DNA of 64,000 nt from an uncultured bacterium (GTDB lineage: Bacteria > Babelota > Babeliae > Babelales > Vermiphilaceae), in NCBI GenBank assembly GCA_963727255.1, contig CAVSFC010000002.1:352001-416000 (forward strand), read 5' to 3'. The notes beneath the pieces are model-generated. The model did not search any database and was not told the origin of the DNA. It was given only the letters and a program-made list of their open reading frames with translations. Shown here piece after piece: positions 1 through 11,013 of the stretch; the stretch's first letter is position 1; every line of letters begins with the position of its first letter. Made by a program: the position numbers and the translations under genes.

Positions 1-1181
1 GGGTTAAAAATCCTAAAATAGGGCTGCGCATCACAACCAGTTGAGGCGCTCCATTGCCAATTGCCATTATTAACGCAAGGATCATAATCAACTAATTGTT
101 GTGCAAAGTATCGCTCTCCCCACAGCCAATCAATATGCAAATCTTTCACTAAAAATGATGCAACAATCATGCGGACTCGATTATGCATCCAACCAGTTTC
201 ATTTAACTGGCGCATGCCCGCATCAACAATCGGAAAGCCGGTAGTGCCGGTGCACCATGCTTCAAATTCTGTTTTATTATTTTTCCAGGGCAATTTGTTG
301 TATTTTTCATGGAATGCATGCCCGAATACTGATGGAAAATGGTAGGCAACATGAGTAAAAAAATCGCGCCAATATAATTGCCTCAATAGGGGATGATTAG
401 GGCCCAATTTTTCTGCCATTTGCCAGTATACAGAGCGAATTGAAACGGTTCCAAATTTTAGATGTGCAGATAAAAATGATGTTGGCAATTCGGGAAAATC
501 CCGAGTTTTGGCATAATCTTTAAGGGAATTTATTTTTTTGAGGATTGCCAATGCTTCAGAGCGGCCTCCCTTTATCCATATATTTTTATTCAACGTTGTT
601 AGTATTTTTTTAAAAATCTCGGTGCCATGACTATCGGGTATAGATTTGCGATAGAAATTATCATGAACCGTGGCTTCAAGCTTTTCTACCGCCAAAGATA
701 ATGCGCGCTTATAAAATGCAGTAAAGATTGAATAGGGGGTGCCCTTTCCGCTCAAAACCTCTTCTGGCTCATGCAGTAATAAATCATTGTTTGAAGAAAA
801 TACCGCACCATTTTGAATGCATAGTTTCTCGAGCGTTTCATCCCGCTTGCGGCTGAAAGGGGTATAGTCTCGGTTAACAAATGCCGCATCAATATTTTGC
901 GTAGAAATTAATTTTTTGATTATTTGATGCGTATCGCCATAAAAGATATATAACTGGCTTCCCTTTTGTTTGAGCTGTTCATCGAGTTCATGCAGGCTCT
1001 GCAGCATGAATTGAATGGAATTCATGCTGCGATAGGGATTTTTGCTGCCTATTTGGATTGGATCAAAAATAAAGCACGGCACAACTTCTTTACTTTCATG
1101 CAAAGCACGTAAGAGCCCGCGATTATCATAAATTCTGAGATCGCGGCGAAAAATAAATAACGATTTTTGGTGTTGCTTCAT
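1..1181 (-). CDS. phrB: Deoxyribodipyrimidine photolyase (class I CPD photolyase/cryptochrome family); 3' end runs off the window
   Basis: Manual translation from ATG at 1181 gives MKQHQKSLFIFRRDLRIYDN; the C-terminal part has TGFPIVDAGMRQL..TGWMHNRVRMIVASFL and NNGNWQWSASTG FAD-binding motifs. Not in the ORF track because it has no stop in the window. Confidence 0.93.
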   Translation of the reverse strand, partial: MKQHQKSLFIFRRDLRIYDNRGLLRALHESKEVVPCFIFDPIQIGSKNPYRSMNSIQFMLQSLHELDEQLKQKGSQLYIFYGDTHQIIKKLISTQNIDAAFVNRDYTPFSRKRDETLEKLCIQNGAVFSSNNDLLLHEPEEVLSGKGTPYSIFTAFYKRALSLAVEKLEATVHDNFYRKSIPDSHGTEIFKKILTTLNKNIWIKGGRSEALAILKKINSLKDYAKTRDFPELPTSFLSAHLKFGTVSIRSVYWQMAEKLGPNHPLLRQLYWRDFFTHVAYHFPSVFGHAFHEKYNKLPWKNNKTEFEAWCTGTTGFPIVDAGMRQLNETGWMHNRVRMIVASFLVKDLHIDWLWGERYFAQQLVDYDPCVNNGNWQWSASTGCDAQPYFRIFN

Positions 1182-1188
1182 GATAAGA

Positions 1189-1563
1189 TCAGTTTTTGGC
1201 AGGAGTTTTGGATTCCAAATGGTCTATTAATTCTGGCATCTCATCGCTATCATAGAAAAAAGCATCGGGATTTGCTTTTATATTGCTCACTAAATTATAA
1301 TGATTAACTGAAGCAGATTGTGATGGTTTAGGATTTGTTCTAAAACGTGATAATTTTCGCGCTGAAAGTGATTCGGTATTTTCATCAAATTCATGCCAGT
1401 CATCATGATCGTCATGATCTTTATATGTTTTAAGAGCTTGCGGTTTTTGTGTATCGGCTTCGATTGATTTTTTTTCTTCATCAAATTTTTTTTGGGTATC
1501 TTGATTCATCGTATGGCATGTGGCTGCAGATATCACCATTAAGATTGCTAATAAATTTCTCAT
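1189..1563 (-). CDS. Hypothetical exported protein
   Basis: 124-aa ORF, AGGA RBS, hydrophobic N-terminus followed by MNQ. Confidence 0.7.
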   Translation of the reverse strand: MRNLLAILMVISAATCHTMNQDTQKKFDEEKKSIEADTQKPQALKTYKDHDDHDDWHEFDENTESLSARKLSRFRTNPKPSQSASVNHYNLVSNIKANPDAFFYDSDEMPELIDHLESKTPAKN

Positions 1564-1668
1564 TGAGTTCCTTTTTCCTCTTTTACAATTAAATACTTTG
1601 TGCGTGTATTGAGCATAAGGCAGTTATCAAACATCCGCGACTATTATTTTTTTAAACATTTATTCTCG

Positions 1669-2541
1669 TTATATATTCAGCTGGGGTTGCGTTACAAATT
1701 GTTTTGGAAGATATTCAGCTGGTTTTTCAAACATTCCGGCTAGCTCCATCGCACGGGCCAAGCGAGTGAGACCAATTCCAGCGCCAAAACGTTTAAACAT
1801 ATCAAATGATAAATATTCATCAAGCTCTTTAAGCACGCGCTCTCTGCCAAATCTATTAAAAAGCAGTTGCGAATATTTGCCTTGAGTCATGGCAAAAAAG
1901 CCTTCCCGCATCTTTTCCTTATCGGTTTCGCGCTCTGCGCCCCCAATCGTTTCCATGCCATGCAATAAGACATCTATTTTATTATAAACTCCGTTGCCAC
2001 TATATTTCATGTTCCAAAAAGGATGAGTGCGTGAAGGGAATTTTTCAAGACTTATAACGGTGCTAATTTCATTAGCCAGCACTGTTTCATGATGGGCTTC
2101 GATCGTTTCAGTCTCATATTTTTTGCAGGCATCTTCATATAAAATTGGAATTGGTTGCTCAAAACCTAAAAATAAAAGCAGCTCTTCTTCAAGTTGCTTG
2201 AGTTCATTAAACCCTCCGTGCGATTCGAACTCAAACATCGGAAAAATGCGAAGATGGCGGCCTTCTATCGGATTTGGTTCATCCCGATAACTGGTTGTAA
2301 CACAAAAAACCCCTTTCCAGTCAGGATTGAGGAGAATTTCATGCTCGAGCCACATCTGCCCAGTTTGCGGAAGGGGATATGGAGTATTATTTAAAGTGAA
2401 TTCGGTAATGGTTCTCGGATCTTCACAGGCAGCCAAAATTGAAAGGCGAGATTGCGCAGGAACTTCTATGAACCCTTTTTTTTCTTGGAAAAAATAGCGC
2501 AACGCACGGACCATAGAGTTATAATGAAGCGTGTTCTTCAT
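1669..2541 (-). CDS. Class IIb aminoacyl-tRNA synthetase paralog (Asn/AspRS catalytic domain only, no anticodon-binding domain)
   Basis: Motif 1-like FFQEKKGFIEV, motif 2 SYRDEPNPIEGRHLRIFPMFEFE, motif 3 FGAGIGLTRL, ETIGGAERE; 290 aa with no N-terminal OB fold. Confidence 0.85.
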   Translation of the reverse strand: MKNTLHYNSMVRALRYFFQEKKGFIEVPAQSRLSILAACEDPRTITEFTLNNTPYPLPQTGQMWLEHEILLNPDWKGVFCVTTSYRDEPNPIEGRHLRIFPMFEFESHGGFNELKQLEEELLLFLGFEQPIPILYEDACKKYETETIEAHHETVLANEISTVISLEKFPSRTHPFWNMKYSGNGVYNKIDVLLHGMETIGGAERETDKEKMREGFFAMTQGKYSQLLFNRFGRERVLKELDEYLSFDMFKRFGAGIGLTRLARAMELAGMFEKPAEYLPKQFVTQPQLNI

Positions 2542-2688
2542 TTTCTTTCCCCTTTTTTTGAGAATTCGTTAAAAGACCACAAATTCCTCAAAATCTATCG
2601 GAAAAACGTTAACCTTGTCAAAGGGATATAAAAGATTGTAAATTTTTCAGCTATTGATGCATAATTTTTTTAAAAAAAGGAGAAGAGT

Positions 2689-3150
2689 TTGAAAATTATA
2701 AGTAACCGCGTGAATTATGGAGTTCTTATTTTTATAAATGGGCTTTATGGAATGCAATCGCCTGAAACCAGCATTATCCATCAGCAGAAAAATGCTATTA
2801 AAACGCTTGCATCTTCTGCGCAAAAAATTACAGAAAAGGATATCCGTGATGCCAGCAAATGTTTAGATGATTCACTGTTTGAAGAAACAATCGATGTAAA
2901 ATTTCTAGAAACTTTAAATGCGGCGCTTTTTAGGCTTGCACAAACTGCTATTGCTATGGATGAAGAAAAAATTAAAATTGCAAAAATTTTGACAGAAATG
3001 GGAGCAAGCCCTTTGGCGCAATTTTCTATTGAGGAAACTTTATCAATAGAAAAAGGATCTCAATATGCTCAAACATCACATAGTTTTCAATCGGATGCAA
3101 AAAGAGAAGCCAAAGGGAAGCTCAAAGAATATTTAGATTCGCTCAAATGA
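2689..3150 (+). CDS. Hypothetical exported protein
   Basis: 153-aa ORF after GGAG RBS; hydrophobic stretch then MQS; followed by a terminator. Confidence 0.6.
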   Translation: MKIISNRVNYGVLIFINGLYGMQSPETSIIHQQKNAIKTLASSAQKITEKDIRDASKCLDDSLFEETIDVKFLETLNAALFRLAQTAIAMDEEKIKIAKILTEMGASPLAQFSIEETLSIEKGSQYAQTSHSFQSDAKREAKGKLKEYLDSLK

Positions 3151-3154
3151 AAAA

Positions 3155-3180
3155 AGGCTGAAGGAAATACTTCAGCCTTT
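3155..3180. terminator. Bidirectional intrinsic terminator
   Basis: aaaggctgaag-gaaata-cttcagccttt hairpin between convergent genes. Confidence 0.75.
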
Positions 3181-3195
3181 GAGATTCTAAATCAA

Positions 3196-4904
3196 TTAGT
3201 AGCGTCTACGGCCACGGTCGCCACCACGGCGTCCTCCACGATCACGATCACCTCTTCTTCCGCCACGGCGGTCACGAGGATTTGAGCCCCAATCATCATC
3301 TGAAACGGGTGCTACGGTGATGCGAGTTTTTTTGCCGTTGATACTTTTGCCCTTAAGTTTTTGCATTAAAGCTTCTGCCATTTCAGCAGGAAGTTTAATA
3401 AAGGTACGGCGTTTGATTACTTTGAGTTTTTCAAGGCTATCGCTATCAATGCCGCCTTCTTGAGCAAGGAAATCTGCAACATCTTCACGAGAGATACCAT
3501 CATCGGTTCCCAAGTGAATCATGAGTTCTTGCAAGCCATCATCAGCAACGTGGCCATCTTCAAATGATTGGTTGCTGATGTTGGTAAAGTGAAAATCATC
3601 TTTTCTGGTTGCCGGGAAGAATTTTTCTGCCACTGTTGCAATTACAATATTAGTTAATTCTACTGGCTCAAAGCAGCGGACTGCTGCTTCAATCTCGGGC
3701 GCAACGGTGCTATTTTTTTGTGCGAGCGTTTCAAGATAATCGCACGCTCTTTTGCAGATATACTTTTTGAATATCTTGAGCAGTTGGCACATCGATTGGG
3801 TTAATAATCAATTTAAATTTGCGTTCAAGCATTTTAACATGGCGCAATTCATTTTTGCCACCAATGAAAGTGATTGCGATACCTTCTTTTCCTGCGCGGC
3901 CGGTTCTACCAATACGGTGAACATAGCCTTCATGATCATTCGGAAGTGAATAGTTGATTACATGGGTAAGATCGGAAACGTCAATTCCGCGGGCAGCCAC
4001 ATCAGTTGCTACCAAGATGTTAAATTCTTTATTTTTGAATTTTTTAATTACCGCATTTCGCAATCCTTGGCTCATATCACCATGGAGTGCATTTGCGGGA
4101 TAACCGGCTGCTGCTAATTTTTCTGCTAATTCAGCGGTTAAAATTTTGGTTTGGCAGAAGATAAAGCCATAAAAGCTTGGATTGCTATCAATAAAGCGGC
4201 ATAATGCTGCAAAGCGATTTCTATGAGGAACCATAGAAAAATATTGCTTGGTATTTGAAGCGCCAACTTGTTGTTTGCTTGCGCTCACGCTTACGGTGTT
4301 TTGCATATGTTCATGCATAATCTGATTAATGCCGGGTTTAACCGTTGCAGAGAAAAGCCAAATTTGGCGTTCATCCGGAGCTGCTGCTAAAATCTCATCC
4401 ATTTCTTCTTTAAAGCCCATATCAAGCATGATATCTGCTTCATCAAGCACGAGTGTTTTTAAATGAGCAAGAGAGAGCGTTTTGCGATTTAAGTGATCAT
4501 TAATACGGCCGGGAGTTCCGACTACAATATGAAGGCCCCTTTTGAGGGAGTTAATTTGATCACGCATTGAAGCGCCACCATAAATGGCATCAACAGCTGA
4601 TGCCCATAGGCTGGGCAATCGGACGTAAACTTTGCATAATTTGGACCACCAATTCTCGGGTTGGAGCCACAATAAGAGCCTGAAGGCGTCTTATCTGCGG
4701 GTTAATACCATGAATTAAAGGGATACCAAAAGCAAGGGTTTTACCCGTACCGGTTTGGGCTTGTCCCCAGAAATCGACTCTTTTGGAGCCTAAAAGCATA
4801 GGGATAGCTTTACCTTGAATATCGGTAGGCTGGGTGAAGCCAAGACCATCAAGGGTAGTTAAAATTTGGGGATGTAAAGGGAGTTCCTTAAAGGAAGTAA
4901 TCAT
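3196..4904 (-). CDS. deaD: DEAD-box RNA helicase with DbpA-type RNA-binding domain and RGG tail (split into 3 ORFs by frameshifts)
   Basis: Q motif, AQTGTGKT, PTRELV, TPGR, DEAD, SAT, ARGID, HRIGRTGRAG; pieces 4590-4904, 3731-4672, 3196-3792. Confidence 0.92.
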
Positions 4905-4918
4905 AAATTACTCTTATA

Positions 4919-5036
4919 TTATTAGGGTTTATGGCCATTAAAGCCGCTTGTGATAGCGATTATCGACGATACTTATGCTGTTAAGCGCTAGGGCACCGCT
5001 ATCACTGCCCTAATAGTATTATTACCACCCTAATAC
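4919..5036 (-). promoter_or_regulatory. Putative structured 5' UTR of the DEAD-box helicase gene
   Basis: Nested inverted repeats tattaggg/ccctaata, gtgatagcg/cgctatcac and tagggca/tgcccta directly upstream of the start codon. Confidence 0.5.
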
Positions 5037-5250
5037 AGATAGAAAACTTTGTCAAGGCCAAAATGAGCTAGAATTAAGGCTTTTTGGGCTTTTTTTGAGT
5101 AAAATCAAGTAAGTTTTATGATTGTTGCAATTTGACAAATGTAAAACTAGGTTTTGGCGACTCCTGAGCGGTTTCGTCCTTATTAGACAAATGGCATATT
5201 GCTCAGTAAAATTGCATGATTAATTAAATCTTAACCAACAGGATAATTTC

Positions 5251-7100
5251 ATGAAGAATCAAAATATAAAAACTCTTATTTTAGGCAGTGCGTTATTTGG
5301 ATCAATCAGTTATGCCATGGAGCTATCTGAAACCAATAACTGGACTATTAACTCTTTTAGTGAATTTGCAAATCGCATAAATGGCGTGAAAACATATCCG
5401 GAGCATTATTATGATTTTACTCATGATGAACAAGGTAAGCTCATTGATGATAAAGATAAATTTAAGGAGAAAACAAAAGATTTAGATAGCGCATTAGATC
5501 AACAATTTGGGATATTTCAAAAAAAATGCATAGAGCTCTTCTCTTGCAACAACAAGAAAGTGAAAAGCCGATAGTTTCTTTGCAAGAATTGCTCAAAGCA
5601 GTCGATGAAACTGCGGAAGTAGTTGGCGAGCGAGTAAGCAGTTCGCAATGGATAGATGCTGCTCTAGAAAAAGGTTTTTTTACCCAGCCGGTACCCAAGA
5701 TTCGGTTTTCGCCAATACATTATAAATATTATGTGCCATTCGAAAAAACGCTTATTCTTGGTGATGATGAAACACCTGTTTTTTTTGGCGATCTGCATGG
5801 AGGAGCCAAATCTTTAGTTGAGAGTATAAAAAAATATATTAATCCTGACTCATTCAAATTAAAAGATGAAAAAACTCACTTAGTCTTTCTGGGTGATTTA
5901 GTAGATTGCGGAACAAGAGGAACGGAAGTTCTTTATCTCTTGAATCGTTTATTAAAAGAAAATGAAAATGTGCATGTTATACGCGGTAATCATGAAGATA
6001 TTCAGCTCAACAACGAGCAAGGTTTTAGGGATGAATTAAAAATAAAATATCCAGGGATAGTAACCGAGGAAGTTGCAAATAAAATTGCACGATTTTATGA
6101 TTTTCTTCCAAGTGCATTGTGGGTCGGGCAACGGCGATTTAGCCCAACGGCGCGCAGAATAATGCCACTATTGAAGCATTTTGTTGATTGGCGATTGGCT
6201 TGCCACGGTGGAATTGAATTAGGCGATGCAAATGTTGCTCAATTATTAGCAGCTACAAATAAAATCGCCTTTAAACATATTGGTCAATTAGCAGAGGATT
6301 CAGCTTTTGCACATACTGTGATAATTGACCGAAAAAGTAATTTTGAAAAATTGCCAAAAAAACTCCAAAAAACAATTCAAGATGCTTTTAAGGGTAATGA
6401 TATTCTTCAACGACAATTACGCAAATTTATTCCGATCAGCCCTCAAAGTGGGTATGTGGAGCATAATGAAAAAGTTGGAGTTGGAGATAAAGAAATGGAA
6501 GTGCTTAGCCGAAATCCAAGATATTACGAAGATGGCAGCATGAGCAATGGGTACAATTGGAATCTTTTTAATGAAGATGAAGGCCATTATGCAACTCCTC
6601 TCTCTATTGTAGAACCCATGGCATATGCTTGGAAATATAATCAACTTTTTACAGCCTCTGTTTTTTCATTATTTGGTACTTGGCGCCATAGAATAGTGGG
6701 CATATTCCGCGGACATCAACATGTTAATAACACCAAAGAGTATAATCAATGGCCATTAATGGAGCAGATAATAAATAATAATGGTGTGTTTACTATGGGG
6801 CAAAAAACAAATGAGCAAAATGCGGCCATAAAGCGCAATGCAATTACCACATTAGGTGTAGCTCCTGATACAGAATATGGAATTCCAGATAGACCGCATC
6901 CTAACTCGCCTAAACGCTACCCTGGGGTGTATTCATATACCGCTTTTAAATTAAAACCAGTTCATGGGTATCTATTCTCAACGTTAAAAGCAGAAAAAGT
7001 GAAAATTGATATTTTGCCTCAGTATTTAATAGATGAGCAAATGGAAATTATGAATGATAACAAGCAAGTTGATCTGCTTAGTATGATTTCAAAGATGTGA
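5251..7100 (+). CDS. Exported PPP/calcineurin-like metallophosphoesterase (Ser/Thr phosphatase-like), with a frameshift near the A-run at ~5519-5526
   Basis: GDLHG, GDLVDCG, RGNHE, CHGG and RGHQH motifs in 5526-7100; signal peptide in 5251-5574. Confidence 0.8.
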
Positions 7101-7180
7101 ACGAATGATTTTAATGGATCGATTATAAATTTCAGAGCTTTGAAGAATTCTGACCGGACTTAAAACCCGGGCAAGTTTTT

Positions 7181-7444
7181 TCATTTATCTTTTCTTGGGC
7201 TTTGCGGGTCTTTCTCAAAAATGTCATCAATTTTTGAGCTGTTATCAGAGGCTTGCTTTTTTGCGGCCGAGATTTGTTCTGTATATAATTTTGCAATTTC
7301 ATCTTGAGTCATATGCTTTATACCGGGAAATGAATGGATCAATGAATCTTCCGGGACCGGCGGTTTAGCAGGAGGAAGTGAGGCTTTGCTCACGTTAGTT
7401 GCAAGCAGTACGAATAGAGCCAAAATTTGATACTGAGTTTTCAT
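7181..7444 (-). CDS. Small hypothetical exported protein
   Basis: 87 aa, signal peptide ending SKA, AAGGA RBS. Confidence 0.6.
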   Translation of the reverse strand: MKTQYQILALFVLLATNVSKASLPPAKPPVPEDSLIHSFPGIKHMTQDEIAKLYTEQISAAKKQASDNSSKIDDIFEKDPQSPRKDK

Positions 7445-7581
7445 AGAATATCCTTTTTAGTGTAAAAATAGCGTATTTTATGCCCATTTTCAATTGGCTC
7501 ATGCTGCAGATAAAATATCTCAATGAATTTTTTTGGGTATAATAAAATAGAAAAAATAATCTTAACTTCCAAGAGATCACT

Positions 7582-8991
7582 GTGAAATTGCATATATTTA
7601 CTCTTATTTTACTTTTCTTTGTATCCACAAATTCCACGGCGATGGAGATTATCGATGCTGAAGGGGTTGAGTTCACTTTAAACGCAAAATATGTAACCGC
7701 TTTGCTCAGATGCAAATTGGTATCAGGAATGTATGATGATCCATTGTTTAAACGTGGCGCAGAAGAAGAACCAAGGAAAGTTTTGCCCATGTCTGGGGAT
7801 AAACCATTTGCAACTGCTCAGCAAATCTGTTTGCTGGCAAAGTATATCTATGATATAAAAAGTACTCAAACGAAAGAAAAGGAGCATGATTTTTGCACAT
7901 TGTTGGATCTTGCCAATTATATAGAGGCTCCTGAGCATATTCTTTACGCATTTTCAAATAAAGCATGGCCATTATTGCAGGAGGAAAGAAGTGATATAGA
8001 TGGCATAAAGAGCTATAAAAAGCATTTAAGAAGTATTGCTCAGAATTATTTGGCTAGTCCAAAATATTTGGCCCGATTTATAGAGCAAAGAAAGTCTACA
8101 ATAGAAGTCGGACTAAAAGAAATTTGTGATACAACCAAAGTAAATCTTTCTTATGAACATGTATTGCGTTTTTTTGCTGAAATCAAAAAAGCAAATATCG
8201 AGCCTTGGTATGAGGAGGGTGACGGAATTTTTTATGATGTTAGCTATCGGTTTGTATCGCTCAATGGATTAAAAGAGCTGAGAGATGCACTCCCAACTGC
8301 TAAAAGCGACTGGCCCTATGACAAAATTTTATCACTGTATCTTAATAGTCATGCCATTAATGATCGCAAACTTTTGCATGCAATTTTTGAGGTATTTCCC
8401 CAGATTAACTATATTTTCCTAGAAAATAATCAAATTGCTGAATTTGATTTTCCTCGCTTCACGCAAGAGCGGTTGCAAAATTTTGATGGCGATCCTACGG
8501 TATCGCTTATTCGAATGAGCAACAATAAAATCACCCATTTGAATGAGAGCTTTTTTGAAGGTATTAGGCAAATGCGAAGTTATAGAAGATATATGCATTT
8601 TAATTTAGAAGGTAATCCGATTTCACCAGACCAAAAGACTCTTATGCATAAAAAAATGTATTATGCCACCCATACATTCCCAGAACGATACGTTTCATTA
8701 AAGAATATCAAATTTTTGATCAATCCCACACTTAAAGAATGGGGCTCAGTAGTGCTTGCAGGAGTGCCGGTAGGCATGTGGCTATTCTCTGCGTTGCGAC
8801 AGAAACATTGGCCGCTATGTGCAGTGTTAGAAGTTGGAGGATTGGTTGGGGCGGCAATGGGCGGAGCAACTCCGGGTTTTGCCTGTTTGAGTGCGCTTTT
8901 ATTAGCAAAGATGACTCATCCAGAATTACATATATCGCCTCATTTTCACGATACCATCTGGGCAAAATGGAAACCGAAGTTGAGTTTATGA
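7582..8991 (+). CDS. Exported Skp1/BTB-like plus leucine-rich-repeat protein with C-terminal hydrophobic helices
   Basis: IIDAEGVEFTL and LLDLANYIEAP resemble Skp1/BTB; LRR-like LYLNSHAI, IFLENNQIAEF, IRMSNNKITHL, FNLEGNPIS. Confidence 0.65.
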   Translation: MKLHIFTLILLFFVSTNSTAMEIIDAEGVEFTLNAKYVTALLRCKLVSGMYDDPLFKRGAEEEPRKVLPMSGDKPFATAQQICLLAKYIYDIKSTQTKEKEHDFCTLLDLANYIEAPEHILYAFSNKAWPLLQEERSDIDGIKSYKKHLRSIAQNYLASPKYLARFIEQRKSTIEVGLKEICDTTKVNLSYEHVLRFFAEIKKANIEPWYEEGDGIFYDVSYRFVSLNGLKELRDALPTAKSDWPYDKILSLYLNSHAINDRKLLHAIFEVFPQINYIFLENNQIAEFDFPRFTQERLQNFDGDPTVSLIRMSNNKITHLNESFFEGIRQMRSYRRYMHFNLEGNPISPDQKTLMHKKMYYATHTFPERYVSLKNIKFLINPTLKEWGSVVLAGVPVGMWLFSALRQKHWPLCAVLEVGGLVGAAMGGATPGFACLSALLLAKMTHPELHISPHFHDTIWAKWKPKLSL

Positions 8992-8998
8992 TGAAGAA

Positions 8999-9496
8999 TT
9001 ATTCAATATCTTTTGGAATCAAGGATTCTATTTCTTGGAGCGTTGACATAATACCTGTAAGCAACCCATAATTATAGACCGCATTTGATGATTGTTCTTG
9101 TATTTTTAGAATAGAACGGTCTTTGATTGCGATGTTAAGCTTTACCATTTGTTTGCCACAGGTTTTTATTTGCTCATTATAGAAAACAAGTGCCTCATTA
9201 ATCATTGCGTGAAAGATGAAGGAACGATTTTTAAAGTTTAAAAGGAGTCCATGCATGTTTTTAAATTGAGCATTATTCTTCGATAATTTACTAAGCCAAT
9301 AATCTGTTGCTTTACAATTCTTGAGAACATCTACTAGAGATTCTTTCGAATGCATTGAGATATGCAAGGCCGATAAATCTCCATAAGTATTCGAAATTAT
9401 TTGATGAATATCCTCTACTGTTTGTTCATCAAGAGTTTGCATTGCAAAAATATTAACGGTCATGAGCGATGAAAGAAGTAAGATTTTGAAATACAT
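8999..9496 (-). CDS. Hypothetical exported protein
   Basis: 165 aa, signal peptide ending IFA-MQT. Confidence 0.7.
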   Translation of the reverse strand: MYFKILLLSSLMTVNIFAMQTLDEQTVEDIHQIISNTYGDLSALHISMHSKESLVDVLKNCKATDYWLSKLSKNNAQFKNMHGLLLNFKNRSFIFHAMINEALVFYNEQIKTCGKQMVKLNIAIKDRSILKIQEQSSNAVYNYGLLTGIMSTLQEIESLIPKDIE

Positions 9497-9511
9497 GAAA
9501 ATCCTTTTGCT

Positions 9512-11012
9512 TTAACTCAAATGTTTTTTGAGCAATTCTTGGATTATTTTTGGATCGCCTTTGCCTTTGGTTTTTTGCATCATTTGCCCCACAAAGAAGC
9601 CAAACAATTTTACATTGCCCGCTTTATAATCAGCAACTTGCGCCGCATTGGCGGCAAGCAATTCTTTAACCATTGCTTCAAGTTCTTCGACAGAACCCAT
9701 TTGTTCTAAGCCTTTTATCTTTAACGATCTGCTCCGGGGATTGCCCGGTTTGGCAAACTGCGCAAAAACTTCTTGAGCTGCACGATTATTAATAATGCCC
9801 TTCTCGAGCAGAGTAACCAAGCTTTGCTAATTTGTCAGGGGTCATTTTAAATTCATTAAGAGGTATTTTGTGTTCCTTAAGATAGCCCATAACATCCCGC
9901 AATATCCAATTAACAATCTGTTTGCTTGGATTAATCTTATGCGCTTGTTCGTAATAGTTGGACAAGATCAATATCATCTATCAAAATTTCTGCTTCATAA
10001 GGGGTTAAACCATTTTTGTTGTGATAACGCTATCAAAGCGATCATACGGCAGTTCCGGCATTGTGCTTTTTAGCTGCATCAATCATTTCGGTGCTCACTT
10101 CAAGAATTGGCAGATCCGGATCTTGGAAGTAGCGGTAATCTGCGGCTTCTTCTTTGGAGCGCATCATGATTGTTTTTTTATTTTTGGTATCCCAAAGCCG
10201 CGTTTCTTGGCGAACTTTTTGGCCGCTTTCAAGTAATTGAATTTGGCGTTCAATTTCATATTCAATCGCATCGCCGATAAATTTGAATGAGTTAATATTT
10301 TTTAAGTTCAGCACGGGTGCCTAGTTTTTCTGCACCTTTCTTGCGAACTGAAATATTGGTATCGGCCCGAAAAGCCCCTTCTTCCATATTGCCTGAGCAG
10401 ATGCCCAAATATTGCACAATTAAGCGCAATGCACGCAAATATGCTTTTGCTTCATAGGTGCTGGAAATATCTGGGTGGCTTACAATTTCAAGCAGTGGAG
10501 TGCCGGTACGATTGAAATCAACAAAGCTTGCATTTTCTTGGAGGCTGTCCGGCTAGCCTTGGGCGACGCTGGACGTGAATATTTTTGCCCGCATCTTCTT
10601 CCATATGAATGCGAATAAGGCGAATATTTTTTAATGGAGCCATCTTCAATCTGATGGGCACATAGATCCATTACTGCAAATAGGATCTTCATTTTGGCTG
10701 ATTTGATAATTTTTGGGCAAATCAGGATAAAAATAATGTTTACGCGCAAATGTGCGATTTGCGTGCAATGTGCGCAATTGGTTGCAAGCCCTGCTTTAAT
10801 TGCATATTCCACTACTTTTTTATTCAATACCGGCAGTGAGCCCGGTTGAGCGGTGCAAATATTGCAGATATTGGTGTTGGGAGTTTTGCTCGATTTGATT
10901 TGCGCATGGAGCAAAAAATTTTGCTTTTGGTGGTAAGTTGCACATGAACTTCAATACCAATAGTAAGTTCATAATCTGGATAATGATCCAAGACCGAAGG
11001 TGTTTTTGACAT
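9512..11012 (-). CDS. gatB: Asp-tRNA(Asn)/Glu-tRNA(Gln) amidotransferase subunit B (multiple frameshifts)
   Basis: [64 protein letters not shown] spread across several frames. Confidence 0.93.
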
Positions 11013-11013
11013 G

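Noticed and set aside
3196..3290. GGRRGDRDRGGRRGGDRGRRR repeat
   Set aside because: Ordinary RGG tail of DeaD-type helicases
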